Made by a program: the position numbers and the translations under genes
Shown: in pieces, positions 47,256 through 56,874 of the stretch
Position numbering within the stretch: position 1 is the stretch's first letter
Layout of the letters: each line of letters begins with the position of its first letter
Notes under the pieces: model-generated
Database searches by the model: none
What the model was told of the DNA's origin: nothing
The model's input: only the letters and a program-made list of their open reading frames with translations
Source: Lachnospiraceae bacterium
GTDB taxonomy: Bacteria; Bacillota; Clostridia; Lachnospirales; Lachnospiraceae
Assembly (NCBI GenBank): GCA_017540355.1
Contig: JAFYBE010000091.1
Location: forward strand, 274-64,273
Direction of reading: 5' to 3'
Length of the DNA stretch: 64,000 nucleotides

Positions 47256-48521
47256 ATGAAGGGTTTAAAGAAAGTTGTTGACGGATATAATAATACAAGT
47301 CTGATAATCAGGATAATCTGCGGACTGATAGTCGGAGCCGTTTTGGGTCTTTTGTTTGACGGTCTCGGATTTGTAAGTCTGCTTGGCGATCTTTTTGTCG
47401 GAGCGCTTAAGGCTATAGCACCCGTACTTGTCTTTGTGCTTGTTATTTCGGCACTGGCGCAGGGCAATGATAAGTTGGACAGCAGATTCGGAACGGTTAT
47501 TGCTTTATACATGACAAGTACTTTCCTTGCATCCGTGATAGCCGTAGTCGGAAGTTTTCTTTTTCCTCAGACGCTTAAGCTTGCGGCAAGTGCGGAGGCT
47601 GAGTCGGTACCTACCGGAATAGGAGAGGTTTTGGGTAACCTCTTTAAGGGTATGGTCAGCAATCCTATCGGCTCGATAGTGGACGGAAGATATATAGGTA
47701 TACTTTTCTGGGCGGCTGTTCTGGGAATTGCAGCCAAGAAGCTCGCATCCGATTCAACAAAGAAACTGATGGAAGATCTGGCCGAGATTGTATCGCAGGC
47801 AGTTAAGTGGATCATCAATCTTGCTCCCTTCGGTATCATGGGGCTTGTATACAGCAATGTATCAACAAATGGTCTTTCAATCTTTACGGATTACGGAAAA
47901 CTTTTAATTCTTCTTGTGGGATGTATGCTTGCGGTTGCACTTATTGTAGATCCGTTTATAGCGTTCTTAACACTTAAGAAGAATCCATATCCGCTTGTTT
48001 TCAGATGCCTGAAGGAATCGGGACTTACGGCGTTTTTTACCAGAAGTTCGGCAGCGAATATTCCCGTTAATATGGAACTTTGTGAAAAGCTCGGTATGGA
48101 CAGGGAGATGTATGCGGTATCGATACCTCTCGGAGCGACCATCAATATGGACGGCGCTGCGGTAACGATTGCGGTAATGAGTCTGGCTGCGGCAAATACC
48201 GTCGGAATTTCGGTGGATTTACCCACGGCACTTGTATTAAGTTTCATAGCAACTCTTGGTGCGTGCGGAGCATCGGGTGTAGCGGGCGGTTCGCTTCTGC
48301 TTATCCCCATGGCTTGTTCATTGTTCGGTGTACCGGCTGATGTTGCAATGCAGGTAGTCGGTGTCGGATTTATCATTGGTGTTGTTCAGGATTCCGTTGA
48401 GACGGCGCTTAATTCATCCGGTGATGTAATGTTTGCAGCAACTGCAGAATATGCAAAGTGGAAGAAGGAAGGAAAGTCACTTCCGACATTCCTTGGAGGA
48501 GATACCAAGGTTGATGCATAA
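47256..48521 (+). CDS. sstT: Serine/threonine:Na+ symporter (DAACS family)
   Basis: FVGALKAIAP, FFTRSSAANIPVN, IPLGATINM, GASGVAGGSLLLIP, QDSVETALNSS. Confidence 0.93.
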   Translation: MKGLKKVVDGYNNTSLIIRIICGLIVGAVLGLLFDGLGFVSLLGDLFVGALKAIAPVLVFVLVISALAQGNDKLDSRFGTVIALYMTSTFLASVIAVVGSFLFPQTLKLAASAEAESVPTGIGEVLGNLFKGMVSNPIGSIVDGRYIGILFWAAVLGIAAKKLASDSTKKLMEDLAEIVSQAVKWIINLAPFGIMGLVYSNVSTNGLSIFTDYGKLLILLVGCMLAVALIVDPFIAFLTLKKNPYPLVFRCLKESGLTAFFTRSSAANIPVNMELCEKLGMDREMYAVSIPLGATINMDGAAVTIAVMSLAAANTVGISVDLPTALVLSFIATLGACGASGVAGGSLLLIPMACSLFGVPADVAMQVVGVGFIIGVVQDSVETALNSSGDVMFAATAEYAKWKKEGKSLPTFLGGDTKVDA

Positions 48522-48582
48522 TATGATATAATACTTATATTGTTGTGTAAGGTGCAGCAGTTTTATAGATGGAGGTGGAGTT

Positions 48583-48987
48583 ATGGCTTGTTTTTTGGTG
48601 CCGGCAACTGAAGCTGTTATAACGACGGCTGTTCAGATGGTCATGAAGAATAAGGAGAAGAAAGCAGATTTGTCTTCTTCCCATGCAACCGAAAAGATCG
48701 AAAGCGCTAATGCAAAGACAGGTTTTTCGGTTAAACTGGGATGGCTTAATAAGATGTTATGGGGCGGTTCGGCTTTACTTGCTTTTGAACATTTGTGGCA
48801 TGGAGAGGTTGTGCCTTATTTTCCGTTTTTAACTGCGGTAACCAACGGAGAGGTATCCGATATGCTTGCTGAGATGAGCAGTGTCGGGGTTACCATGGCA
48901 ATACTTGTTACTGCAATATGGGGAGCAATGGTTGCGATTTCCGGTGTTATTGAAAAGAGAACCGAAACTTCTGAAGAGGGGGTATAG
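48583..48987 (+). CDS. Hypothetical membrane protein
   Basis: GGAGGTGG RBS; MACFLVP start; LAFEHLWHGEVVPYFPFL; hydrophobic segments. Confidence 0.75.
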   Translation: MACFLVPATEAVITTAVQMVMKNKEKKADLSSSHATEKIESANAKTGFSVKLGWLNKMLWGGSALLAFEHLWHGEVVPYFPFLTAVTNGEVSDMLAEMSSVGVTMAILVTAIWGAMVAISGVIEKRTETSEEGV

Positions 48988-48989
48988 GT

Positions 48990-49304
48990 ATGACATTGCT
49001 TATTACTGTTTTTGCTGCAGTTATCAGCACATTTATCTGGTATAAGAAAGATGACAGGAAGGAATACAATCGCGGATTCCTTTGCCTTATGTTCTGGGGT
49101 GCGTCATTGATGTGGACGGTTGATGCGGTATTTGAATATGCCGAACTTGGTGCGGAATATTTCACACCCGCATTTGAGGATATGATTAATGATGCTTATC
49201 TCGGTATTTCAGTCGTTGCACTTGGACTTATCATATGGACCGTATCGGTTCTTATTAAGGATCCCAAGGGTGTTATAAGAGGTGCTTTGACTCAGAGCAG
49301 ATAA
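48990..49304 (+). CDS. Hypothetical 3-TM membrane protein
   Basis: Starts 2 nt after the previous stop; LMFWGASLMWTVD; three hydrophobic segments. Confidence 0.75.
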   Translation: MTLLITVFAAVISTFIWYKKDDRKEYNRGFLCLMFWGASLMWTVDAVFEYAELGAEYFTPAFEDMINDAYLGISVVALGLIIWTVSVLIKDPKGVIRGALTQSR

Positions 49305-49325
49305 TTATGAAGTAAATACTGATAT

Positions 49326-49354
49326 AAAAAGCGGCAGGTACTCCTGCCGCTTTT
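49326..49354. terminator. Bidirectional terminator
   Basis: AAAAAGCGGCAGG-TACT-CCTGCCGCTTTT between convergent genes. Confidence 0.85.
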
Positions 49355-49357
49355 GCT

Positions 49358-50002
49358 TTATTGTATGTGATCCAATATATCAATGGGTCGTGCGGCCAGA
49401 TATGTGGCACCGGCTTTTGTAAGTTCATCCTTTGAACCGTAGCCGTACAATACACCGATCGAATCGACTCCGACTTCGTTAGCTCCTTCGATATCGTAAA
49501 GGCGGTCGCCTATCATTATCATTCTGCTTTTGTCCGGACAGCCTGCATATCTTAAAGCATTCTTAAGCAGGTTGGCCTTGCCGGCATCCTTCATCTCGCC
49601 GTCAGGTCCGATGATCTTCTCAATATACTTATCAAGACCTGTATTGGCGGCTACTTTATTGGCCATACCGATGGGTTTGGATGTAACGATGAGTATGTGT
49701 CTGCCTGCAGCTTTGATCTTGCCCAATACATCTTCGATACCATCATAAAGTGGTGATTCCATATATCCTTTGGTATCATACATGCTTCTGAAGTACTTGA
49801 TCGCTTTTTCCAGATTATCCCCTTTAAGGCCGTAGTATTCGTCAAATGATACGTATAACGGCGGCCCGATGAAGCGAAGAAGTTTATTTTTATCGGGTTC
49901 TTCAATCCCCATCTTGTTAAGCGCATACTCGACGGCTCCGGTAACTCCGTATTCAGATTGAGTAAGTGTTCCGTCCAGGTCAAAACATATATATTCGTAC
50001 AT
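49358..50002 (-). CDS. HAD family phosphatase (5'-nucleotidase/phosphoglycolate phosphatase-like)
   Basis: FDLDGTL, FIGPPL, VTSK, MIGDR, GVLYGYG. Confidence 0.9.
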   Translation of the reverse strand: MYEYICFDLDGTLTQSEYGVTGAVEYALNKMGIEEPDKNKLLRFIGPPLYVSFDEYYGLKGDNLEKAIKYFRSMYDTKGYMESPLYDGIEDVLGKIKAAGRHILIVTSKPIGMANKVAANTGLDKYIEKIIGPDGEMKDAGKANLLKNALRYAGCPDKSRMIMIGDRLYDIEGANEVGVDSIGVLYGYGSKDELTKAGATYLAARPIDILDHIQ

Positions 50003-50179
50003 AACTGCTTTCTCCGATCTTTTTTTCTTCATTATGATACGGCATCGGGAGCTTTTTGACAATAATGATTTATGTTGCTTTTAGGCATTATTTTCAGTAT
50101 ATTTATAGTATAGTGATAAAGGATTAAAGGCATGTTGACGGGTGTTTAATGAATCCGTACAAGGTAAGGGCAGATCGGT

Positions 50180-50941
50180 ATGGAGATCAGGATAGAGGAG
50201 CTGCTTCATGGAGTTAAGGAGGGCAGCATTTCGATAGAAGATGCGGTACTTAAGTTGCGTAAGGCTCCGTTTGAAGATATAGGATATGCCAAGGTGGATG
50301 TTCACAGGGCGATACGTCAAGGAATAGCGGAGATAATATACGGAGCAGGCAAGACTGCGGAGCAGATATGCGGAATAATGGACAAGATGAGGGAAAGCGG
50401 ACAGGAGACCATCCTCATCACAAGGATCGATAAAGACAAAGCCGATGTCATATCCGGGAAATACGAGCTTAAGTATAATCCGGAAGGCAGGATAGGGGTC
50501 AGCGGCTTGTATCCGACACCTGACGGGATAGGTACTGTCTTGATAGCGACCGGAGGCACCAGCGATATACCGGTGGCGGAAGAGGCTGCTGTTACGGCCA
50601 GGGCGCTTGGGAATGAAGTGAAGTGTGTTTACGATGTAGGTGTGGCCGGTCTGCACAGACTGTTGAGTCACACCGACGATATAATGAAGGCTTCGGTGAT
50701 AATAGCCATAGCCGGTATGGAGGGAGCACTTGCCAGTGTAATAGGCGGACTGGCAGACTGCCCGGTTATAGCTGTACCGACAAGCGTCGGATACGGAGCG
50801 TCATATGATGGAATATCGGCTTTATTGTCCATGATGAATTCCTGCGCAAGCGGAGTGTCGGTAGTAAATATCGATAACGGCTTCGGTGCGGGGTATATGG
50901 CAAGTATGATCAATCACATGAACAGAATGGGGAACAGATGA
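50180..50941 (+). CDS. larB: Nickel pincer cofactor biosynthesis protein LarB
   Basis: AKVDVHR, GGTSDIPVAEEA, DVGVAGLHRL, AGMEGAL, PTSVGYG, VVNIDNGFGA. Confidence 0.93.
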   Translation: MEIRIEELLHGVKEGSISIEDAVLKLRKAPFEDIGYAKVDVHRAIRQGIAEIIYGAGKTAEQICGIMDKMRESGQETILITRIDKDKADVISGKYELKYNPEGRIGVSGLYPTPDGIGTVLIATGGTSDIPVAEEAAVTARALGNEVKCVYDVGVAGLHRLLSHTDDIMKASVIIAIAGMEGALASVIGGLADCPVIAVPTSVGYGASYDGISALLSMMNSCASGVSVVNIDNGFGAGYMASMINHMNRMGNR

Positions 50942-52149
50942 AGACTATTTTTTTGGATCTGTCTATGGGATGCGCAGGCGATATGCTAAGCGCCGCATTA
51001 TATGAGCTCTTGGGGTCTAATGAAGAAAAGGCCTCATATGTAACCGTTATGAACGCGCTCGGACTTGACGGCGTGGAGGTGACTCCTGAGAAGACGGTTA
51101 AGATGGGAGTTACGGGAACTTATATGTCTGTTAGGGTTAACGGAGTACATGAAGGCGGTGACGGACACGGTCATCATGAACATGATCATCACCACGAGCA
51201 TGAACACAATCACGAACACCATCACAGCAGCCTTAAGGATATAGAGAATATTGTGGCGAATATGCCCGTATCCGATAAGGTTAAGAAGGACGTTATGTCA
51301 GTATATGCCATTCTGGCACAGGCTGAGAGTACAGCTCACGGAGTGCCGGTTACGGATATTCATTTTCATGAGGTCGGAACCCTGGATGCCATAGCCGACA
51401 TAACCGGTGTATGTGTTCTTATGGAGAAGATAGCACCGGATAAAGTCATAGCCTCTCCGGTTCATGTAGGCAGCGGATATGTGAAGTGCGAGCACGGAGT
51501 ATTGCCCGTTCCGGCACCTGCCACTGCCAATATACTTAAGGACGTACCGATATACGGAGGCAGAATAAGCGGTGAACTTTGTACGCCCACGGGAGCGGCG
51601 TGCCTTAAATACTTTGTGAATGCTTTTGCCGATATGCCTGTTATGAGAGTTGCCAAGACCGGATACGGCATGGGTAAAAAGGACTTTGAACAAGTCAACT
51701 GTGTCAGGGCGATGCTCGGCCTGTCAGATGAGAAGAGCAAGGACATAATCGAATTGGCATGCAATCTTGATGATATGACGCCCGAAAGGATATCATTCTG
51801 TACGGAGAGACTTTTTGAGGCGGGTGCGCTTGATGTATATACGATACCGATAGTCATGAAGAAGTCAAGGCTTGGTACAATGCTATGCGTAATGTGCAAT
51901 CCCGAGCAGAGAGAAGAGATCATAAGGCTTATATTTAAATATACAACTACAATAGGAGTCAGAGAGAATATAAGTCATCGATATACTCTTAAAAGAAGTA
52001 TCGGTAAAGTCAACACCCAGTACGGTGAGATGAGAGTAAAGCACTCGGAAGGCTTCGGTGTGGAGAGAGCGAAGTATGAGTATGAAGATCTGGCACGTGT
52101 AGCCAGAGGCATAAAAGAGTCTATTGATAAGATAGAAAAGAATTTGTAA
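50938..52149 (+). CDS. larC: Nickel insertase LarC
   Basis: GCAGDM, His-rich tract, HFHEVG, HGVLPVPAPAT, ELCTPTGA, NLDD, MKKSR, TTIGVR, YEYED. Confidence 0.93.
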   Translation: MKTIFLDLSMGCAGDMLSAALYELLGSNEEKASYVTVMNALGLDGVEVTPEKTVKMGVTGTYMSVRVNGVHEGGDGHGHHEHDHHHEHEHNHEHHHSSLKDIENIVANMPVSDKVKKDVMSVYAILAQAESTAHGVPVTDIHFHEVGTLDAIADITGVCVLMEKIAPDKVIASPVHVGSGYVKCEHGVLPVPAPATANILKDVPIYGGRISGELCTPTGAACLKYFVNAFADMPVMRVAKTGYGMGKKDFEQVNCVRAMLGLSDEKSKDIIELACNLDDMTPERISFCTERLFEAGALDVYTIPIVMKKSRLGTMLCVMCNPEQREEIIRLIFKYTTTIGVRENISHRYTLKRSIGKVNTQYGEMRVKHSEGFGVERAKYEYEDLARVARGIKESIDKIEKNL

Positions 52150-52168
52150 ATTTTTTTATAAAATGCTA

Positions 52169-52196
52169 TAAAGATAATAAGTATATCAGCCGATAT
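52169..52196 (+). promoter_or_regulatory. Sigma28 (FliA/SigD) promoter
   Basis: TAAA-16 nt-GCCGATAT matches the sigma28 consensus. Confidence 0.8.
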
Positions 52197-52331
52197 ACAA
52201 AATGATATAGTAGTACTATGCGTATCCGCAAGGGCCAACGGATGCGTTAAGTATAACAGATGCTTATAGTTACAGGAAAAGGATTTCTAATCCGGCATAT
52301 TATGTCGGACAAGCCAAAGGAGGGCAAACGT

Positions 52332-53150
52332 ATGGGCATGAATGTTAACAACCTTGGCAAACAATTCTTTAACCCTGTCAAAAGCGATCCCAAGAAATTT
52401 GAGCGTAAAGAGCCGCTTAAAACAAAAGCGGAGAATGACCCCATACCCAAAGAGGTACAGGATAGGATTTCAAAGTCTGTCCATGATTATGTGGATAAGT
52501 ATGAGCCATCCGGTGTATCTTATGCGGCAGGGAACGCAGAGGAAGGATTGTCTGACAAGGCAAAAGAGCTGTTGGGCAAGCTGAGGGAACAGTACGGCGA
52601 CTATGGATTCGCAGTAGCCGGTAACAGTCATGAATTCGGTTCCATGAAAGGCGCGGGAGATAAGGAATATACCGTTATCTTCACGGCAGATGAACTTGAA
52701 AAGATGGCTGAAGATGAGGATTACGCCGCTGAGCAGATGAAGCAGGTGGAGTCACTCATCGATATGACCAAGAAGCTTGAGAATGATGAGGAGTTCCAGG
52801 CAAAGCTGGACGCACTGGCAGAGAAAGGATATATCCTGGAGAATCTTTCTCTTACAGTGAACGCCGAAGGCGGAGTAGACATATTCGCCGAGCTTTCAAA
52901 GGTATCCGAGAAGCAGGCTGAAAGGATCGAAGAGAAGCGCGCAGAGAACAGAGCGGAGGCAAAAGCCGACAGGAAGGCAGAGGAAGAAGAGGCCATCGCT
53001 AAGAAATTCGAAGCGGCAAAGCCGCCAAAGAAGGGCTTTATCAAAGCAACTTCGGTTGAAGAACTTATGGAGAAGATCAAAGGACTTGATGATGAAGGAT
53101 TGGAAGCATTGGTATCCAAGCCGGCGGGTCGTATAGATTTTGCGTTATAA
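52332..53150 (+). CDS. Hypothetical charged protein (DUF6033-like)
   Basis: AAGGAGG RBS before ATG 52332; LSDKAKELLGKL, ELEKMAEDE, IKATSVEEL, C-terminal GRIDFAL. Family label is from memory. Confidence 0.65.
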   Translation: MGMNVNNLGKQFFNPVKSDPKKFERKEPLKTKAENDPIPKEVQDRISKSVHDYVDKYEPSGVSYAAGNAEEGLSDKAKELLGKLREQYGDYGFAVAGNSHEFGSMKGAGDKEYTVIFTADELEKMAEDEDYAAEQMKQVESLIDMTKKLENDEEFQAKLDALAEKGYILENLSLTVNAEGGVDIFAELSKVSEKQAERIEEKRAENRAEAKADRKAEEEEAIAKKFEAAKPPKKGFIKATSVEELMEKIKGLDDEGLEALVSKPAGRIDFAL

Positions 53151-53165
53151 GTCAGCGGATGAGGT

Positions 53166-53220
53166 AAAAGGGCTGTTAAGAAAAAATACTTGACAGCCCT
53201 TTTTCTATGCTCTATATTAT
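53166..53220 (+). promoter_or_regulatory. Terminator hairpin overlapping the SigA promoter of ylxM-ffh
   Basis: AAAAGGGCTGTTAAG...CTTGACAGCCCTTTTT; TTGACA (53190) -17 nt- TATATT. Confidence 0.6.
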
Positions 53221-53266
53221 TATAGGTTGACTTGATGTAAAGTATATATACTTGATAGCGAGATAT

Positions 53267-53581
53267 ATGGATAATATAATTGAACGCGGAAGATTATATG
53301 ACTATTACGGAGGACTGTTAACCGCTCACCAGCAGCAGATATATGAAGCTGTGGTGAATGAAGACATGTCTTTGTCGGAGATAGCGGATGATCACGATAT
53401 TACGAGACAGGGAGTTTTTGACCTTATTAAAAGGTGTGACAAGCAACTTGCCCGTTATGAGGAAAAGTTAAAGCTTATTGAACGTGATGCAACCGTCAGT
53501 GCGAAGCTGGATGAGATAAAGAGTTTATCGTCCGATAAAAAGATCGGGCAGATTATAGAGCAGATCAAGGATATGCTGTAG
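53267..53581 (+). CDS. ylxM: YlxM family SRP-associated HTH protein
   Basis: LYDYYGGLLT..Q, DMSLSEIA, ITRQGVFD, YEEKLKL; upstream of ffh. Confidence 0.92.
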   Translation: MDNIIERGRLYDYYGGLLTAHQQQIYEAVVNEDMSLSEIADDHDITRQGVFDLIKRCDKQLARYEEKLKLIERDATVSAKLDEIKSLSSDKKIGQIIEQIKDML

Positions 53582-53613
53582 AATATGCGGCATACCGTGG
53601 GGAATAAGGGATA

Positions 53614-54960
53614 ATGGCATTTGAGAGCTTATCCGAAAAACTGCAGAACGTATTTAAGAATCTGAGAAGCAAGGGACGTCTTACCGAGGAGGATGTACAT
53701 ACAGCCTGCAAAGATGTTAAGATGGCACTCCTTGAGGCGGATGTTAATTTCAGGGTCGTTAAGTCTTTTATCAAGACCGTTGAAGAAAGAGCGGTCGGCG
53801 CGGATGTAATGAACGGACTCAATCCCGGGCAGATGGTCATCAAGATAGTCAACGAAGAGATGACCTCTCTTATGGGAAGCGAGACGACGGAGATAGCATA
53901 TCAGCCCGGCAAAGCAATTACGGTCATAATGATGTGCGGACTTCAGGGTGCAGGTAAGACCACAACGACAGCCAAGCTTGCGGCCAAGATGAAGACCAAA
54001 GGCAAAAAGCCCCTGCTTGTAGCCTGTGACGTATACAGACCGGCTGCCATCAAGCAGTTGCAGGTTAACGGTGAAAAGGTCGGTGTTGACGTATTTACCA
54101 TGGGCGAGAATGTAAGCCCTGTTGAGATAGCCAAAAAGGCGATTGAGTGTGCCGAAAAGAACGGTCACAAGGTTGTGATCCTCGAGACGGCCGGACGACT
54201 TCACATAGATGAAGAGATGATGAGAAAACTTCAGGCAATAAAGTCTGCGGTGGATGTTCATCAGACATTCCTTACCGTTGATGCCATGACGGGTCAGGAT
54301 GCGGTCAATGTTGCGGAAGACTTCAAAGAAAAGGTCGGCTTGGACGGAGTGATCTTAACCAAGCTTGACGGTGATACAAGAGGCGGTGCCGCACTTTCTG
54401 TAAAAGCCGTAACCGAACTACCGATATTGTTTGCCGGTATGGGTGAGAAGCTTGATGATCTTGAGCAGTTCTACCCTGACAGAATGGCTAACAGGATACT
54501 GGGTATGGGCGATGTGCTTACTCTTATCGAGAAGGCACAGAATGCCATAGATATAGATGAAGCCAAAGAGCGTGATATGGCAGCCCGTATGAAGAAGGGC
54601 AAATTTGACTTCAACGATTACCTTGAGAGCATGAAGCAGATGCGTAATATGGGCGGACTATCATCCATACTCGGAATGCTTCCGGGACTCGGAATGGGAA
54701 TCAAGACAAGCGATCTTGAAGGTGCCGTTGATGAGAAGCAGCTGGCACGCACCGAGGCGATAGTGCTTTCGATGACTAAGGCAGAGAGAGAAAATCCCAA
54801 GCTTATGAATCCGAGCCGAAAGCACAGAATAGCAAAAGGCGCGGGAGTCGATATTGCGGAGGTTAACCGCTTTATCAAGCAGTTTGAGCAGAGTCAGAAG
54901 ATGATGAAGCAGATGAAAGGTATGATGGGCAAAAAGGGCAGATTCAGGATGCCTTTTTGA
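53614..54960 (+). CDS. ffh: Signal recognition particle protein Ffh
   Basis: ALLEADV, GLQGAGKTT, DVYRPAA, TKLDGDTRGG, GMGD, Met-rich M domain. G3 reads ETAGR. Confidence 0.97.
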   Translation: MAFESLSEKLQNVFKNLRSKGRLTEEDVHTACKDVKMALLEADVNFRVVKSFIKTVEERAVGADVMNGLNPGQMVIKIVNEEMTSLMGSETTEIAYQPGKAITVIMMCGLQGAGKTTTTAKLAAKMKTKGKKPLLVACDVYRPAAIKQLQVNGEKVGVDVFTMGENVSPVEIAKKAIECAEKNGHKVVILETAGRLHIDEEMMRKLQAIKSAVDVHQTFLTVDAMTGQDAVNVAEDFKEKVGLDGVILTKLDGDTRGGAALSVKAVTELPILFAGMGEKLDDLEQFYPDRMANRILGMGDVLTLIEKAQNAIDIDEAKERDMAARMKKGKFDFNDYLESMKQMRNMGGLSSILGMLPGLGMGIKTSDLEGAVDEKQLARTEAIVLSMTKAERENPKLMNPSRKHRIAKGAGVDIAEVNRFIKQFEQSQKMMKQMKGMMGKKGRFRMPF

Positions 54961-54993
54961 CATAGATTCTAATTAAGAAAGGAAGAAAATAAA

Positions 54994-55236
54994 ATGGTAA
55001 AGATGAGATTAACAAGAATCGGAAGTAAGAAGAATGCAATCTATCGTGTAGTGGTTTCTGACTCAAGAAGCCCCAGAGACGGAAGATTCATCGAGGAGAT
55101 CGGAACATACAATCCCAATACCGATCCTTCTGAGTTCAAGATTGATGAGGAGAAGGCAAAGACTTGGCTTAAGAACGGTGCTCAGCCTACAGAGATGGTT
55201 GCTAAGCTCCTTAAGCTGGCTAAGATCACAGAATAG
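54994..55236 (+). CDS. rpsP: 30S ribosomal protein S16
   Basis: [29 protein letters not shown]. Confidence 0.97.
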   Translation: MVKMRLTRIGSKKNAIYRVVVSDSRSPRDGRFIEEIGTYNPNTDPSEFKIDEEKAKTWLKNGAQPTEMVAKLLKLAKITE

Positions 55237-55248
55237 TGGGAGGTCAGC

Positions 55249-55476
55249 ATGAAGGAATTAGTAGAAGTAATCGCTAAGGCTTTGGTTGATAATCCCGATG
55301 AGGTTACTGTTGATGAGAAGCAGGAAGGACGTAATATAACCATCTCGCTTCACGTTGCGGATTCCGATATGGGCAAGGTTATCGGCAAACAGGGCAGAAT
55401 AGCCAAGGCTATTCGTACTGTTGTCAAAGCAGCCAATGATGACGGCAAACAGAGAGTTGACGTCGAGATAGGTTAA
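55249..55476 (+). CDS. khpA: KH domain RNA-binding protein KhpA
   Basis: LVDNPD, DMGKVIGKQGRIAKAIR; between rpsP and rimM. Confidence 0.93.
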   Translation: MKELVEVIAKALVDNPDEVTVDEKQEGRNITISLHVADSDMGKVIGKQGRIAKAIRTVVKAANDDGKQRVDVEIG

Positions 55477-55478
55477 GC

Positions 55479-55985
55479 ATGGAAGATAAGCTTCGAATAG
55501 GTGTTATCACCTCGCCTCACGGAGTGCGCGGTGAAGTCAAGGTCTATCCGACCACCGATGACATTAAGCGTTTTTCAAAACTGAAGACCGTTCTTATGGG
55601 TATGGATAACGATGTAAAGGAAGTACATGTAAAGTCCGTTAAGTACCAGAAGAACATGGTTATAGTCGGTTTTGAAGAGTATTCCTCTATGAACGAGGCA
55701 GAGACGCTTAGGGACAAAGAACTTTATGTCACGAGAGATAAGGCGATAAAACTGCAAAAAGACGAATATTTTGTGGCGGACCTTATAGGAATGAACGTGA
55801 CAACCGATATCGGGACGGACGGTGTGCTTAAAGACGTAATGCATACCGGAGCCAACGATGTGTATGTGATACAGCTGTCGGATGAAAGAGAACTGCTTTT
55901 GCCAGCCATAGCGGAGTGCATATTAAGCGTGGATGTCAAAGCGGGTACGATGAACGTACACGTTCTGCCGGGCTTGTTGGATTGA
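55479..55985 (+). CDS. rimM: Ribosome maturation factor RimM
   Basis: [30 protein letters not shown]. Confidence 0.95.
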   Translation: MEDKLRIGVITSPHGVRGEVKVYPTTDDIKRFSKLKTVLMGMDNDVKEVHVKSVKYQKNMVIVGFEEYSSMNEAETLRDKELYVTRDKAIKLQKDEYFVADLIGMNVTTDIGTDGVLKDVMHTGANDVYVIQLSDERELLLPAIAECILSVDVKAGTMNVHVLPGLLD

Positions 55986-56019
55986 TAACAGAATAAGCCG
56001 TTTGGGAGGAATACAGTAT

Positions 56020-56763
56020 ATGAATTTCCATATAATGACTCTTTTTCCGGAGCTTATTGACAATGCGGCATCGACCAGTATCCTCGGAAGGGCGATACAG
56101 AGCGGCATAATATCGGTTAATGCGGTAGATATACGTACGTATACCGAGAACAAGCACGGAAGGGTCGACGATTATACCTACGGCGGCGGAGCCGGAATGC
56201 TTATGCAGGCGCAGCCGATATATGACTGCCATCAGGCTATACTTGCGGATATAGATGCAAGAAAGGCTAAAGACGGTTCGCCCAAAAGGGATCGGATAAG
56301 AACGGTATATATGACACCGCAGGCTCCTGTTTTTTCACAGGATAAAGCAGAAGAACTGGCGAATGAAGAGGATGTTATCTTTCTCTGCGGACATTATGAA
56401 GGCGTGGATGAGAGAGTCCTTGAGGAGATTGTGACGGACTATATATCAATCGGTGATTACGTACTTACCGGAGGGGAACTTCCGGCGTTAGTGTGTGTGG
56501 ATGCGATAGCCAGACTTGTTCCGGGAGTGCTCGGCAATGAAGTCAGTCATGAGACGGAATCCTTCGATGACGGTTTGCTTGAATATCCGCAGTATTCGCG
56601 CCCCGAGGTGTGGAGAGGTAAAGAAGTGCCAAAAATCCTGTTGTCCGGACATCATGCCAATGTTGAGAAGTGGCGGCATGAACAGAGCCTTATAAGGACG
56701 AAGGAGAGAAGACCGGACCTGTATGAAGCATATATGATGAGAAACGGGCAGGGAACAAATTAG
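56020..56763 (+). CDS. trmD: tRNA (guanine-37-N1)-methyltransferase
   Basis: [48 protein letters not shown]. Confidence 0.97.
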   Translation: MNFHIMTLFPELIDNAASTSILGRAIQSGIISVNAVDIRTYTENKHGRVDDYTYGGGAGMLMQAQPIYDCHQAILADIDARKAKDGSPKRDRIRTVYMTPQAPVFSQDKAEELANEEDVIFLCGHYEGVDERVLEEIVTDYISIGDYVLTGGELPALVCVDAIARLVPGVLGNEVSHETESFDDGLLEYPQYSRPEVWRGKEVPKILLSGHHANVEKWRHEQSLIRTKERRPDLYEAYMMRNGQGTN

Positions 56764-56766
56764 TGC

Positions 56767-56795
56767 TTGCCTAAGATATGGCGTTATGGTATACT
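56767..56795 (+). promoter_or_regulatory. SigA promoter of rplS
   Basis: TTGCCT-17 nt-TATACT with extended -10 TG. Confidence 0.65.
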
Positions 56796-56813
56796 ACCAT
56801 AGTCGCTATTATA

Positions 56814-56852
56814 GATGGTCCTCTGCCATTCATAAGACATGGCAAGAACATC
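56814..56852 (+). promoter_or_regulatory. L19 ribosomal leader-like cis element
   Basis: GATGGTCCTCTGCC...GGCAAGAACATC hairpin in the rplS 5' UTR; resembles the Firmicute L19 leader. Confidence 0.7.
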
Positions 56853-56874
56853 CATTATGGATAAGGAGAATATT

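Noticed and set aside
51165-51225. CAY-GAR-rich repeat-like tract
   Set aside because: It encodes the normal His-rich nickel-binding segment of LarC.
52219-52248. Third copy of the structured element (contains GCAAGGGC)
   Set aside because: Only the 8-mer matches; the GTTTCGC bulge, GTAAYATCCCT and second hairpin are absent.
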